Part shown: piece after piece, positions 28,820-40,224 of the stretch | Layout of the letters: every line of letters starts with the position of its first letter | Position numbering within the stretch: position 1 is the first letter of the stretch | Source of the DNA: an uncultured Chloroflexia bacterium | GTDB lineage: Bacteria > Chloroflexota > Anaerolineae > JAAYZQ01 | Direction: 5' to 3' | Length of the DNA: 64,000 nt | NCBI GenBank assembly: GCA_963700285.1 | Contig: CAVOXA010000010.1 | Location: 1,056,001-1,120,000 of the forward strand | The notes under the pieces: generated by a model | Seen by the model: the letters and a program-made list of their open reading frames with translations, nothing else | What the model was told of the DNA's origin: nothing | Database searches by the model: none | Made by a program: the position numbers and the translations under genes

Positions 28820-29840
28820 CTATTCGGCCCATCCCCGGCCGTTGGGGTGGATGAAAGCTTTGACGTCCTGCTTGGCCCGCAGGTTGGCAAAGGCCGTCTC
28901 CCACTCGTCTAGCTCGTAGTGATTGGTGATCATCGGATCCAGGTCAAATACGCCCCGATCCAGCAGATCAATGGCGTGATCCCAGGTCTCCTGTCCGTTC
29001 CAGCTCCAACTGCCGCGGATATCGAGCTGGCCGAGGCTGATCTGATCGAGGTTGACCGTGATCTTGTTTCCCCAGAGGCTGATGAAAACGACGACGCCCT
29101 TGCCGCCGGGGCCCTCGTAGGCCTTGCGGGCGCAGTCGATGGCGTGCTGCACGCCCTCCTGGCTGGCCGAGCATTCCAGCACAAACTCGGCGCCCTTGCC
29201 TCCGGTGATCTCCATCACCGCCTTCTCAGGACCATCCTCGGAAAAGAGCACATGGTCGGCGCCACAATCCTTGCCGATCTGCAGCCTCTTCTCGTCGCTC
29301 CTGAGGCCGATCAGGAACACGCGGCGCGCGCCACAGAGCTTGGCATACAGGACACCCATGATGCCCATCGGCCCGGGGCCAACGATGACGACATCATCGC
29401 CAACCTTGACCTGGGCTCGCTCCTGGATCAGGTGATGCGTGGCAACGATAGGTTCTGCCAGGCAGGCGTGATCCAGTGATACGTGATCGGGGATGCGGTA
29501 GATCACGTGCTCGGGGACGCGCATATAGGGCGCGTAGGCGCCATCGATGGTCACGCCCAGCCATTGCCCCTGGCCACATTCGATGTCGGCGACAAACTTG
29601 TCGCCCTCCTTGACGCGGGTCACATCTTTGCCGACCTGGTAGGCCACGCCCGAGAACTCGTGTCCCAGCGTGACCGGCGCCTTGTAGAAATGCCGGTCCT
29701 CCTGGATCAGCAGGTCGCTGCCACAGACGCCGGCGGCCCAGACCTTCATCAAGACCTCGCCAGGGCCGATCTCGAGGCACCGGCACCTCGCAGAGTTCGA
29801 CGTGGCCAACTCCTTCTTTCGTCTTGCACAATGCTTTCAT
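28820..29840 (-). CDS. Zn-dependent alcohol/polyol dehydrogenase, frameshift near 29775
   Basis: MKALCKTKEGVGHVEL continues after a +1 insertion into GVCGSD, LGHEFSG and GPGPMG. No structural Zn loop. Confidence 0.85.
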
Positions 29841-29915
29841 CGTTTACCCCTCCGACTGGATCTTGCAGGGCAGGCGCGTCCTGTCCGCCGGAAACCTGCC
29901 CGATTTTCTCGCCTT

Positions 29916-31422
29916 CTACATGCGGTGGTGGAGCACCTTCAGCGCCGGGTAGACCTCACGGTACAGCACGTACCGCTCCTCGTAGCGCGCTGCCCGCGCC
30001 GGATCGGGATCGAACCTCTGCTCCAGGTGCAGCATCTCCTCCGCTGCTTGGGCTGCGCTGGAGAAATGCCCGGCACCCATACCGGCCAGCAGGGCAGCAC
30101 CCCAACCCGCCGCCTCGGTGATGCGGGGCACAACCACCGGGATCCCGGTGATGTCCGCCTTGAGCTGGAGCCAGAGCTGGGAACGCGCGCCGCCGCCGAT
30201 GGCCCGTAACTCGTCGATGCCCACGCCGCCAGCCCTGAGCAGGTCCAGATTGAGACGCAGTTCGAAGGTCAGGCCCTCCAGGATGGCCTTGGCCAGGTCG
30301 GTCTTGCCTGTGGCAAAGGTCAGGCCCAGGATGGCCCCCTTGGAAGCGGTGTCCAAGGTGGGCGTGCCGCTGCCGGCAAAGTGGGGCAGCAGCAGGAGCG
30401 ACGTTGGCTCCGGCGAAGCACCCTGCAGGAGCAGATCGTAGGCGTCAAGACCGGCATCCTCGGCTCGCCGCATCTCTTCTTGGCCCAGCGTGTCGCGGAA
30501 CCAGCGCAGGAGCAGCCCGCCGCTGTGGTTGAGGGTCATGGACAGGAACAAGCCGGCCACTGTGTGCGCATAGACAGAGATGTTGCCCCGGTACAGGGTC
30601 TCATTGAGCGCGGGAGAGCCCAGTGCTACCTCGACGACTTCGGCGGTGCCGGTGGAGACCATGGCCAGGCCTGGCCGGACGAGCCCGACACCGAGAGCCC
30701 CACAGGCTTGGTCGTGGCCGCCGGTGACGACCAGCGGCGCCTTGGCCAGGCCCAGGTCCTGAGCCAGCGCAGGATGCATGGGGCCCACGGCCACACCTGA
30801 GGGCTTGACCGTCGCCAGACGCTGTGGATCCAGGCCAAGGGCTTGTAGGATTTCCGGCGACCAACGATCGTGCGAGGATGTCATAGAGCTGCGTACGCGA
30901 GGCCAGGCAGCGGCTGATCACGGCCTGGCCCGTCATCTTTTGGATGATAAAGTCCTCGTATAGGAGAAAGCGCGCTGCCTGCGCCCACAGGTGGGGTTCG
31001 TGCTGCCGGAGCCAGAGGAGCTTGGGCAGGGTGTTGATGGTATGGACCGGCATGCCGGTGCGCTCAAAGAGGTACTCGGCGCCAAACTTTTCGCAGAGCC
31101 AGGTGTTCTGCCCGCCGGTGCGGGTGTCCATGCCCAGGATGGCGGGGCGCAGCGCCCGGCCTTGGGCGTCGACGGGCATCACGGCCTCGCCCTGCACGGA
31201 GAGGCCCAGGGCAGCGATGTCGCGGGTTCCGGCGGCAGCAACTGCCTCGCGGATGGACTCCTGGGCCAGCCGCCATACATGCTCGGCGTCCTGTTCGGCC
31301 CAGTTGGGATGGGGGATATCGACAGCATACTCCCGGCTGGCGCTGGCCAGGAGGGTGCCCGCCTCGTCAAAGATGGAAGCTTTGCAGCCCGTTGTGCCGA
31401 TGTCTAGACCAAGGAAGTGCAT
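29916..31422 (-). CDS. FGGY-family carbohydrate kinase, frameshift near 30870
   Basis: N half has [11 protein letters not shown] and WAEQD. C half has GGHDQ, STGT, AILEG and GGGARS. Confidence 0.88.
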
Positions 31423-31495
31423 GGGTGTGTCTCCCTCGATGGAGTCGCGAAGCTGCCGACGCCCTTTTCGGATGTGAGAGCTGTTGACTGTACCA

Positions 31496-32969
31496 TCACC
31501 AGCTCTCGGGGACCCGGAAGCAGGAGGAGGGCTGCCCGGCGCAGAAGTCGTTCCACTGCCTGGCCATCTTTTGCAGGGAACGGTCTTGGCGGGAAACAAA
31601 GCCGCGCACTTTCCACGGCCCTTCGCCGGGCTGAATGGCCAGGGTCTGCTGGCAGTAGGCGTAGTAATCCTGGAATGTCCGCAATCCGATGTCGATGGCA
31701 TAACGCTGCGGTTTCCGGCTCATGGGTGAGCAAGGGTCCAGGGTATGGGCCATGTTGATCATCTTGAGCAGGTGGGGCGGATAGCTGCGCCTGATCCGCT
31801 GCGCCACATCCAACGTCTGTCGAAAGGCTTTGCCGTCTTCCCCCGGCAAGTTGAAGGAAAAATAGACATAGAGGGGCACCCGGTGCGCTTTCATCACCTC
31901 CACGACCTGAAACAGGTTCTCGTTGCTGTAGTGCTTGCCATTGAGCCGCCGCACCTGCTCCGAACCGGCGAGCAAACTCAGCGCCAATTCCGAACGACCG
32001 ATCTCTGCGGTTTCGCAAAAGTCTTCTACAAACTCTGGCGAGGGAAGTTGAAAGAGTTCGTTGTTGATGCCAATCCGCACGCCGAGCCTTCGCATCTGGG
32101 CAAATAGCTCGCGCCAATAGTCGGGAGGGAGGATGGCAGGGTCGAGATTCAGGGAGACCTGGTCGGTACCCGTTTGAGCCAGACGCTGGATGTCCTGAGC
32201 CACCTTCTCGGGCGAACGCAGGACGAATCCGTTGCGGCCGGCAAAGATCTGGTGGGATTGGCGCCCTCCTCCACAGAAGGAACAATCGTAGCGACATCCC
32301 CGCCCGATGCAGAGCCAGTGGCCGCGCGGATCGGGCAGGGACTGGGTCAGGCCGGTGGGTTCGAACTGGAGCCGGCCATACCAAGGGGCGTGTTCCAGGA
32401 AACCGAGGTCGACAAAGTTCAGGCCAGTCCAGGTCATCGGGGGTGGCACAGTAGGTGCGTTGGTTTTCCAGGACCTGGCCGCCGGAGCGGTAGGTCAGGT
32501 TGGGAATGGAAGAGAGGTGGGTGGCGGTGCCGGCGCACAGGCGTTTTGCCAGCGCCAGCAGGGGCTGCTCGGCATCGCCGCGGATGACAAGGTCGACTTC
32601 TGGAAAAGCGCGCAGGATCTCAGCGGCAAAGAGCGAGGCGGTGATGCCCCCCAGCGCGACTTGGGCTCCGGGCAGAACCTGTTTGCAGGCGCGGGCGACA
32701 CGGATGGCGCCGTAGGAATGCATGTACCAGTGCAGGTCCACCAGTACCAGCTTGACATCGCTCTGCGCCGCGAGCCAGGGACGCAGCCGGAAGTCCCGGT
32801 TGCGCATCAGCTCTGCCGGGTAGTTGACGCCGCGGACGGTCAGCCCCTCTCGTCGCAACAGATTGAGCAAAGCGATGACGCCTACCGGTATGAAAAAGTA
32901 GTAGCCCAGGTCTTCAAAGCCGGAATCGACGTCGTGTTTGGCGGGATGGATGTACAGCACATCGGGCAC
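31496..32969 (-). CDS. Cobalamin-binding domain / radical SAM protein, frameshift near 32430
   Basis: N-terminal B12-binding-like domain ([31 protein letters not shown]), followed by [13 protein letters not shown] (CxxxCxxC) and RSPEKV. Confidence 0.85.
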
Positions 32970-32999
32970 GGTGGCATCTCCTCTTATTCAGCCACCAGA

Positions 33000-34648
33000 C
33001 TACAGTTGCTTTCGCTTGGCAGGCTTGGGCAGGGGGGCCTGCTCCGGCTCGCCGTGAAGGACCAGTACGTCGACGGTGAGGGCCAGCCCGGCCGTGCTGA
33101 GGGCGCCATGGACGACCGCCTTTAGCACCGCGGTCGCGTCGTAGATGCCTGCCTGGGCCACGTCCACGACCCTGCCCGAGACGGCGTCAAAGCCATGTAC
33201 AGGGCCGGCCAAGCGGACCTGGGCCATCACATCGCTGTCGTCGTAGCCGGCGTTGGAGACGATGGCGCGGAAGGGCTCTTCCATGGCCTTGATGAGCATG
33301 CGATAGGCGGCGCGCTCGTCGGCGCCGGCGCTCTGGGTCAGCTTTTCACGGAGCGCCGGAAGGCAGGACAGGAAGCGCTGTGCCGCCGCCGGGCAATACC
33401 CCTTCCTTCATGGCCAGCCGCAGGGTGGTGGCCGCGCGTTTGGCGGTTTGTGTCCTGGCCTTGACCTCCATCTCGGTTGCGCCGCCAATCCACAGGGTGG
33501 CGGTGCCGCCCATGAGTTTGCCGATGCGCTGTTGCAGGGCCTCTCGATCCTGGACCGTGGCGGTATGGTCGTAGGCGCGGCGCAGGCTGCCGATGTGCTG
33601 GCGCAGGGCGCGGGGATCGCCTTTGCCGCCGATGATGCCAAATTGCTTGTAGTGGGCCCAGACACGGCGGGCGCGGCCCAGATCCTGGGCCTCGATGCGC
33701 TCCAGGGTGTCGCCGGCGACCTTGGATGAAGGGGCGGCCGCCGGTCAGGATGGCAAGGTCCTGCAGGGCGCCGGCCCGCTGCTCCTTGACCGAGCCGGGC
33801 GTGCTTACGGCGACGGCCTGGAATCTGTCGGGGTCCTTGTTGGCCAGCAGGAAGTGGATGGCGCTCGGAGATACCTTTTGGGCGACGATGAGCAGGGCGG
33901 GGATCTCGGCGCGGATGGCCAGCTCGAGGGCGGGATAGAGCTGGCTCGGTTCCTCGATCTCCAGGTCGCTGATCAGGATGGCGGCATCCTCAAATTCGAT
34001 CCGGGGCTTGCTGTGGTCGGTGTACATCTCCCGGGAAAGCAGGCCGCGTTCCCAGTACATGCCTTCCACGTATTCGCGTTCCACCTGCCGGGTCTGGCCC
34101 TCGCGGATCTCCAGCCGGCCCCATTCACCGACGACGTCAAAGACCTCGCCCATGTACCTGGCCAGCGGCGGGTCGTAGGAAAGGGATTCGGCTATCTGCG
34201 CCAGTTGTTCACTGGCCCTGGACCTGTACGGTAGGAGTCGTCAATTGCTGCAAGGATGAGGCGCATGCCCTGTTCCAGGTAGGATTTTAGCTGCATCGCG
34301 TTGCCACCGGCGGTCAGGTAGCGGACACCCTCGTTGTAGATGCGCTGCAGGATGACGGCCGCGGTCGCGGTCCCGTCTCCGACCTGCTGTTGCAGGCGCC
34401 AGAGGAGGTCTCGAACCAACATGGCGCCGATGTCGGCGTCGGGGTCCTGCAGCTGGATGATGTGGCGGGCAATGGTCTCCGCCATCGTCGAATGCCTGTG
34501 GCGTCTTGTTGTGGTAATCGACGTTGGCTATGGCCACCAGGCGCGGACGCGGTCCCAGGGTGGGCCGGACGGCGTTGGCCAGTACGTTGACACCGCGCTG
34601 GATACCACGGTGGGTGGCCGGTTGAAAGACGACGCTGCGTCTTGGCAT
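33000..34648 (-). CDS. Divergent GroEL/Cpn60-like chaperonin, several frameshifts
   Basis: Fragments in successive frames: RGVNVLANAVRPTLGP, DDG, IGAMLV, VGDGTATAAV, EGMYWERG, LQDLAILTGG, ERIGKL-like, KAMEEPFRAIVSNAG, GFDA and GIYD. No GGM tail and no groES nearby. Confidence 0.82.
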
Positions 34649-34652
34649 GGCG

Positions 34653-35758
34653 CTATCCCTTTACGGCGCCCGACCATCACGCCTTCGACAAAGAAGCGCC
34701 GGAAGAGCAGGTAGACGAGGACGATAGGGATCACGGAGGCAACGATGGCCGAGTAGATGACCTGAAAGTTGGTCGAGAACTGGCCCACGGCGCTCTGGGT
34801 GAAGGGCAGCAAGGTGCTGTTCTTGGGATCCAGATAGACGTAGGGCTCCAGAAACTGGTTGTAGATCAAGGGCAGCATGATCACGATGAGGCTGACGATG
34901 GGCACCTTGAGGAGGGGGATGAGGATGTGGCGGATGTACTGCCAACTGCTGGCGCCGTCGATCATGGCCGAGTCCTCGATCTCTTTCGGGATGGCGGCGA
35001 TGGCTGCGGTAAAGATCATGACGGACAGGGCGGTGCCCTTGATGTTGATCAGGACGATGGAAAAGAGCTGGAGCGCGGTGCGCACAACGCCCTCGTCGGC
35101 GTAGGCGGGAATCAGTTTGTAGAACCACTGGATCATCATGTACTGGGGCAGGAGGATGAGCATGGCCGGGATCACCATCTGCAGCAGGTAGGTGTTGTAG
35201 ACGACCATCTGGTAGCTGCGCCTCAAGCCCGCCAGCCCGTAGCCGGTGAGAATGGATAAAAAGATCAACAGGGTCAGGCTGACGACGGTGACGATCAGCG
35301 TCCGCAGCAGCGCGCCCCAGAAGCTGGTGCCATATAGCTGCCCGGTCAGCAGGGTTTTCCAGCCATTGTAGGTGTAGAACCCGGCAAAAAAGTCCTTGAT
35401 CTCTTGTTCGGGGACGTCGTATTGCTCGGCGATCTGGCGCAACGTGGTGCGGGCCATCATGAACTCGGTCTGGGGGATGCCCAGGGCGTCCTTCAAAACC
35501 CGCAGGTCCAGATCGTAGAACACGCTCAGGTTGCCAACCTGGGCGTCCATGCTGACCTCTTCGGTCTCGGGCAGCCAGAGATGCAGATCGGCCGATTCTT
35601 TGGTGGGCACAAAGCTGCGGATAAAGAGCGCGTAGAAGGGAAAGAGGGTGACGGCCGTATAGATCACCATCACCACGATGGCGAATATCTTGAGAAGCCG
35701 CCGCCGCCTACTGACGGTGAAGCCTGCTCTTGCTGCCAGTTGTGGTCATGGGTGCCAT
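34653..35758 (-). CDS. Carbohydrate ABC transporter permease (MalG-type) with an extra loop; frameshifts near both ends
   Basis: EAA loop IPKEIEDSAMIDGAS. Removing one G restores the canonical end EGVMVGAVKG-stop at 34653. AAGGAGG SD before the ATG at 35758. Confidence 0.85.
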
Positions 35759-35765
35759 CCTCCTT

Positions 35766-36719
35766 CTAGTATTGCAGCCGGCGCTGCAGGCGCTGCAGGG
35801 CCACGCCGACCAGGACCAGGGGCAGGAAGGTGATCACGGCCAGGGTCATGCCCATGCCCAGCCTCTCGACCTGGAAGCCGTAGGTGAAGAACAGGACGCT
35901 GAGCAGCTTGGCTTCGGGGTTGACGTACAGGGCGCCCATGGCCACCAGCTCGTCAAAGACGGCAAAGGAGCCGATGAGGCACATGGTGGTGGCCAGGATG
36001 AAGGATGGGATCATCTGCGGGAAAGTAGATCTTCCACAGCCGCTGCCAGTAGGTGGCGCCATCGACGATGGAGGCCTCGATGGTCTCCTTGGGGATGGCC
36101 AGCAGGCCGGCCAGAAAGATGGCCATGTTGTAGCCGGCGTAGCGCCAGCCGACCAGCAGGGGTAAGATGAAGGCTGTACCCTCGGCCGAAAAGATGTCTA
36201 TCGGCTCTTTGAGCAGCCCCAGTTCCATCAACAGCAGGTTGGCCGTGCCGGTTTCGCGGGAGAAGAGCATGACGGCCATGTAGCCAACGGCCAGGCCGGA
36301 GACCATCAATGGCAGGTAGACGACGGTAAAGAACCCACCCTGGAAGCCGACTTCGTACAGCAGCAGCGCCAGGCTCAGGCCAAAGATATAGACGGTCGTA
36401 TAGTTCAGCACCACAAAGACGAGCGTGCGCCGCAGGGCCGGCAGATAGTCGGCCTGGACGCCGGAGTCGGTAAAGAGTGCCGTAAAGTTGCGCAGACCCA
36501 CCGGGTTGATCTGCGGGTCGTTGAACTGGGAGATGTCGGTGAACAGGAAGGGGATGGCCACAAAGAAGGGGATGATCGTCAGCGTGACGAATAGGATGAA
36601 CTGCGGCGCGATGAAGGCCAAGTCCCGCCGGATGCGCCGGCGCTCCATCTTGCTCATCTTTTTCTTTTTTCCTCTTGGCCGGCATCGTCGCCAGCGGCCT
36701 GTACGGGTGCAGCTTGCAT
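35766..36719 (-). CDS. Carbohydrate ABC transporter permease (MalF-type), frameshifted
   Basis: Motifs VGLRNF, WRYAGYNMAIFLAGL and IPKETIEASIVDGA. The C-terminus is in ORF 35766..36062. Confidence 0.85.
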
Positions 36720-36869
36720 AGTCCTATCCCTCCGAAAAGAGAAACTCCGGGCGGCCCATCGCCAGTCGAGCCTGTCCTGTTCTCAGACAGGCCGCGGCAA
36801 TGAGCCGCCCGTACCCGTCAGGGCAGCCACGTTGGCTACCCTTGTGGATGGCAGCGAAAGCTTGCTGCG

Positions 36870-38360
36870 CTAGGCCGGGATGTCGTAGCTCTCCTCCCAG
36901 TTCGCCTGGGCCTTGTCCAGAGCCTCCTGGACCGTGATCTTGCCCTGCAACAGGTCGGCCATGATCTCGTTGTTGCCGTTGGACTCCCAGTCCCAGACAC
37001 CCTTGGATCCCTTCATGCGGTAGGGGCTGGCTGCCAGGTTGCCGGTCATGCCCTGCTCCCATTTGGCATCGGCCCACTTGCCGCCCTCGGTGCCGATTTC
37101 TTTCAGGACCTTCTGGTATTGCGGTCCCTGCAGGTCCAGCGGCTCGTCGAGGTCGTACAGCGGCCAGCGGCCTTCGGCCTGTGCCTTCATGGGAACTGCT
37201 TCGGGGCTCCAGAACCAGTTCCAGGCAGCCTGGGTCTGCGCCCAGTGGGCCGTGTCCTCGTTGCCGGCGCGGATGAACCACTGGTTGTCGATGTTCGGCG
37301 GCATGGCGCCCTGGATCCAGGTGCCTTGGCCGTCGGCCGGCGGCGTCGCGGGCAGGCCTTCCTGCATGCCGTTCACTGCAAACTCGGAGCCGGCGGCCAG
37401 CGCCTTGTCCCAGACCCACGGGCCGTGGAGCATCATCACCGACTTGCCGGCGATGTAGGCTGGCCTCCATGTCGCCCTCCCACTGGCGGGTCCACATGCT
37501 GGGCGGCATCCAGCCTTCGTCGTTGGCCTTGAGGAAGAACTCGTAGTAGTGGCGGTAGGGCGAGTCTTCGGCGTTGAACTTGGCCTTGCCCAGGTAGCAG
37601 TCAACCTGCCGGTCGCGCTGTCCATCGGCATAGGCCAGCGGCATCAGGTCGCCATAGCCGTTGCCAAAGACCCAGTTGTGCCAGGCCTGGTTGTAGAACC
37701 AGTCCACGCCGTCGGTCTTGGCGGCCCAGGCCGCGCCCTCGGCCAGCCACTTCTCCAGGTCGGCCCAGGTCTTGACGTCGTTGTGCGGATCGAGCCCGGA
37801 TTGCTCCATCAGCTCGCTGTTGTACTGCCAGGTGATCACATAGCCCTGGAAGACGTCCAGCGAGCGCGGGCCGGGCAGACCGTGCAGGTCCGACCACTGA
37901 TTCTTGACGTCGAACTGCCAGCGATCCCACCAGGGAAAGTCCAGCTCGCCCAGGTTGACGGCCATCTCATAGTTGTTCTTGTCAAAGAAGATCTGCATCT
38001 CCTGGGTCAGCTCGATGGCCGGCAGGTAGCCGCCTGCCACCTTGGCCTCGTGGGCCGCCGCCGTGTCCTCGTTGATGGAGAAGACACTGACCTCGCTGTC
38101 CTCGCTGGAGGCGTTGAACACGTTCCAGATCTCCTGGTACGGCGCCTCGTACTCGGCCAGCGACATGACATCCAGCGTCACCTTTTCGGCCGCCGCCGGC
38201 GGCGACGGTCGGTGCCGGCGCTTGCGGTTGCAGCGGCGGCTGGTGCTTTGGTTGGCTCTGCGGGTGCTTCGGTCGCCCCGCAGGCCGCCAGCGTCACGCC
38301 TGCCGCGGTCATGGCGCTGACGCGCAAAAAGTCGCGCCGACTCAGTTTGTTTTCTTCCAT
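36870..38360 (-). CDS. ABC substrate-binding lipoprotein with a Tat signal, two frameshifts
   Basis: MEENKLSRRDFLR...LAACG (twin-arginine motif plus lipobox). The body lies in ORFs 36724..38181 and 36870..37631 and ends TVQEALDKAQANW. Confidence 0.85.
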
Positions 38361-38471
38361 TTTTTCCTCCTCGTTCTTTTCTGTACGTCTGCGTACGGAC
38401 AACATATTGCTACTGTATCTGAATCGTGTCACCTCCTTCCTGCCGCCGATAATGCACTGAGCACCTCCTTA

Positions 38472-40215
38472 TCAGCGTGATGGTCGCACCTGAACGTGGG
38501 CTGCATTCGCGACTGATGTCGTCTGGATGATTCGAGCACGCATCGTCTCGCTTCTCGCCGTGAGCGCTGCTGGGTCTGAGCACTGCCGTGAACACGGTGC
38601 TGGGCAGTTTCGGCGCTGCCATGAACGCGGTCGTGGTAGACGGCAGCTCGTGTGACGGCGATCAGGCTCGTCTCTCAGGCGCGCCAGCGCCCGGAAATCC
38701 CCTTTCACGTGCTCATAGATCTGCTTGTAGAGCGCAAAGTACTCCATGTATCGGTCGTGGTTATCCTGGTTGGGCTCCATGCGGTCGATGTACTCGACCC
38801 ACTCTTTGGCCACCGAAAAGTCCTTCAGCACGCCGGTGACCACCCCGGCCAGGATGGCATCGCCAAAGGGGGCGCCCGTTCTGCGCTTGACGAGCACCGT
38901 CGGTGCGTTGAACACGTCGGTGATGATCTGGCGCCAGAGCTTGCTCACCGCGCCGCCCTCGTTGAGCACGATGGGATGGTTGATCTTGAGGCCGGCTTGC
39001 TTGATCAGCCGGTAGGAGTCGTACAGCGCATAGGCCACCGCTTCCATCATGGCCCGCACCACGTGTCCCTTGGTGTGGGTCAGCGACAGGCCAAAGATCA
39101 CGCCCCTGGCCCGCGTATCCCAGATCGGGGTGCGCTCGCCCATCAGGAAGGGCAGGATGATCAGGCCCTCGCTGCCGACCGGGACCTTGGCGGCCTGCAG
39201 ATTGAGCAGGTCGTAGGCGCTGACCCCCAGCGCCCGCTCTGTCTCTACCTCGAGCTGCGAAAAGTTGTCGCGCAGGTAGCGCAGCGACTGCCCGCCCGTC
39301 ATCGTCGAGGGGATGGTCATATAGTTGTTCTTGGAATCGATGGTGAACCCGAGGTTGATCATCGACAGGCCTTCGGGCGAGAACATGAAATCCGGATCGG
39401 TAAAGATCACGCCAAAGTTGCCGACGGTGCCCAGGTTGCTCATGATGTCGCCCGGTTCGGTGACGCCGGCGGCGATGCAACTGGCGTTAAAGTCCACCTG
39501 GGTGACCACCGGAATGCCCGGCGCCAGGCCGGTCTCGGCTGCCGCCTCGGGCGTCACTTCGCCGGCGATCTCCTCGCAGTCGACCAGGTCGGGCAGGATG
39601 GCCGGGTCGATGCCGATCTCTTGCAGGATCCCTTCGTCGAAGCGCCGCCCCAGGATGTCGTAGGCCACGCCGTAAAAGGGCGCCGCGGGATAGTTGACCA
39701 CGGATCTGCCGGTTAGCTTGAGCGTGACAAAGCCGTCGATGGTCAGCGCTTTGTGGATCCGCTCGAAGGAATCGGGCCGGTTGTTCTTTTCCCACAGCAG
39801 GTTGACAATCGACGGGTGATCCTCCAGCCGGTTCGCCGTGAGCTGCATCAGCCGCTCTTCCCCGACCTCTTCTTTGAGCCAGTCGACCTCTTTCGTCGCC
39901 CGCCGGTCCATCAGGTTGTAGGCGCGGTGGATGGGGCTGGTCCTGCTCATCGACCATGACCATCGAGGGCAGGGCCGAAGAGACGCCGATGCCCCGGATC
40001 TCGGCCGGGTTCACGCGCGATTCGGCCAGGCAGCTCTGGATCAGCCGGCAGGCGACTTCCCAGTAGCCCATGGCGTCATGTTCCGACCAGCCGGGCTTGT
40101 CGTGGAAGAAGGGGTACTCCTCAAAGGCAAAGCCCAGGACGTCGCCCTCGGGATTGATGATGCAGGCCTTGGCCCCGCCGGTTCCATAGTCGAGACCCAG
40201 CAAGTAGTCTGCCAT
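38472..40215 (-). CDS. FGGY-family carbohydrate kinase, frameshift near 39935; true stop possibly near 38660
   Basis: Motifs [40 protein letters not shown] and EGGAVS. The sequence after ALARLRD looks like run-on. Confidence 0.87.
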
Positions 40216-40224
40216 ATTCTGTCC

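Noticed and set aside
31496-32969. Radical SAM gene as the anaerobic sulfatase maturase or as a RiPP maturase
   Set aside because: It has an N-terminal B12-binding domain and no evident SPASM Cys cluster, and I found no convincing precursor peptide nearby.
38557-38631. Repeat as a degenerate CRISPR array
   Set aside because: Only two to three short imperfect units, no spacer-sized unique segments and no cas genes.
9793-39716. Long plus-strand ORFs (e.g. 9793..10881, 12759..14162, 20419..21465, 25665..26939, 37549..38460, 38652..39716)
   Set aside because: They lie antisense to well-supported genes, carry no recognisable motifs or SDs, and are the expected shadow ORFs of GC-biased codon usage.
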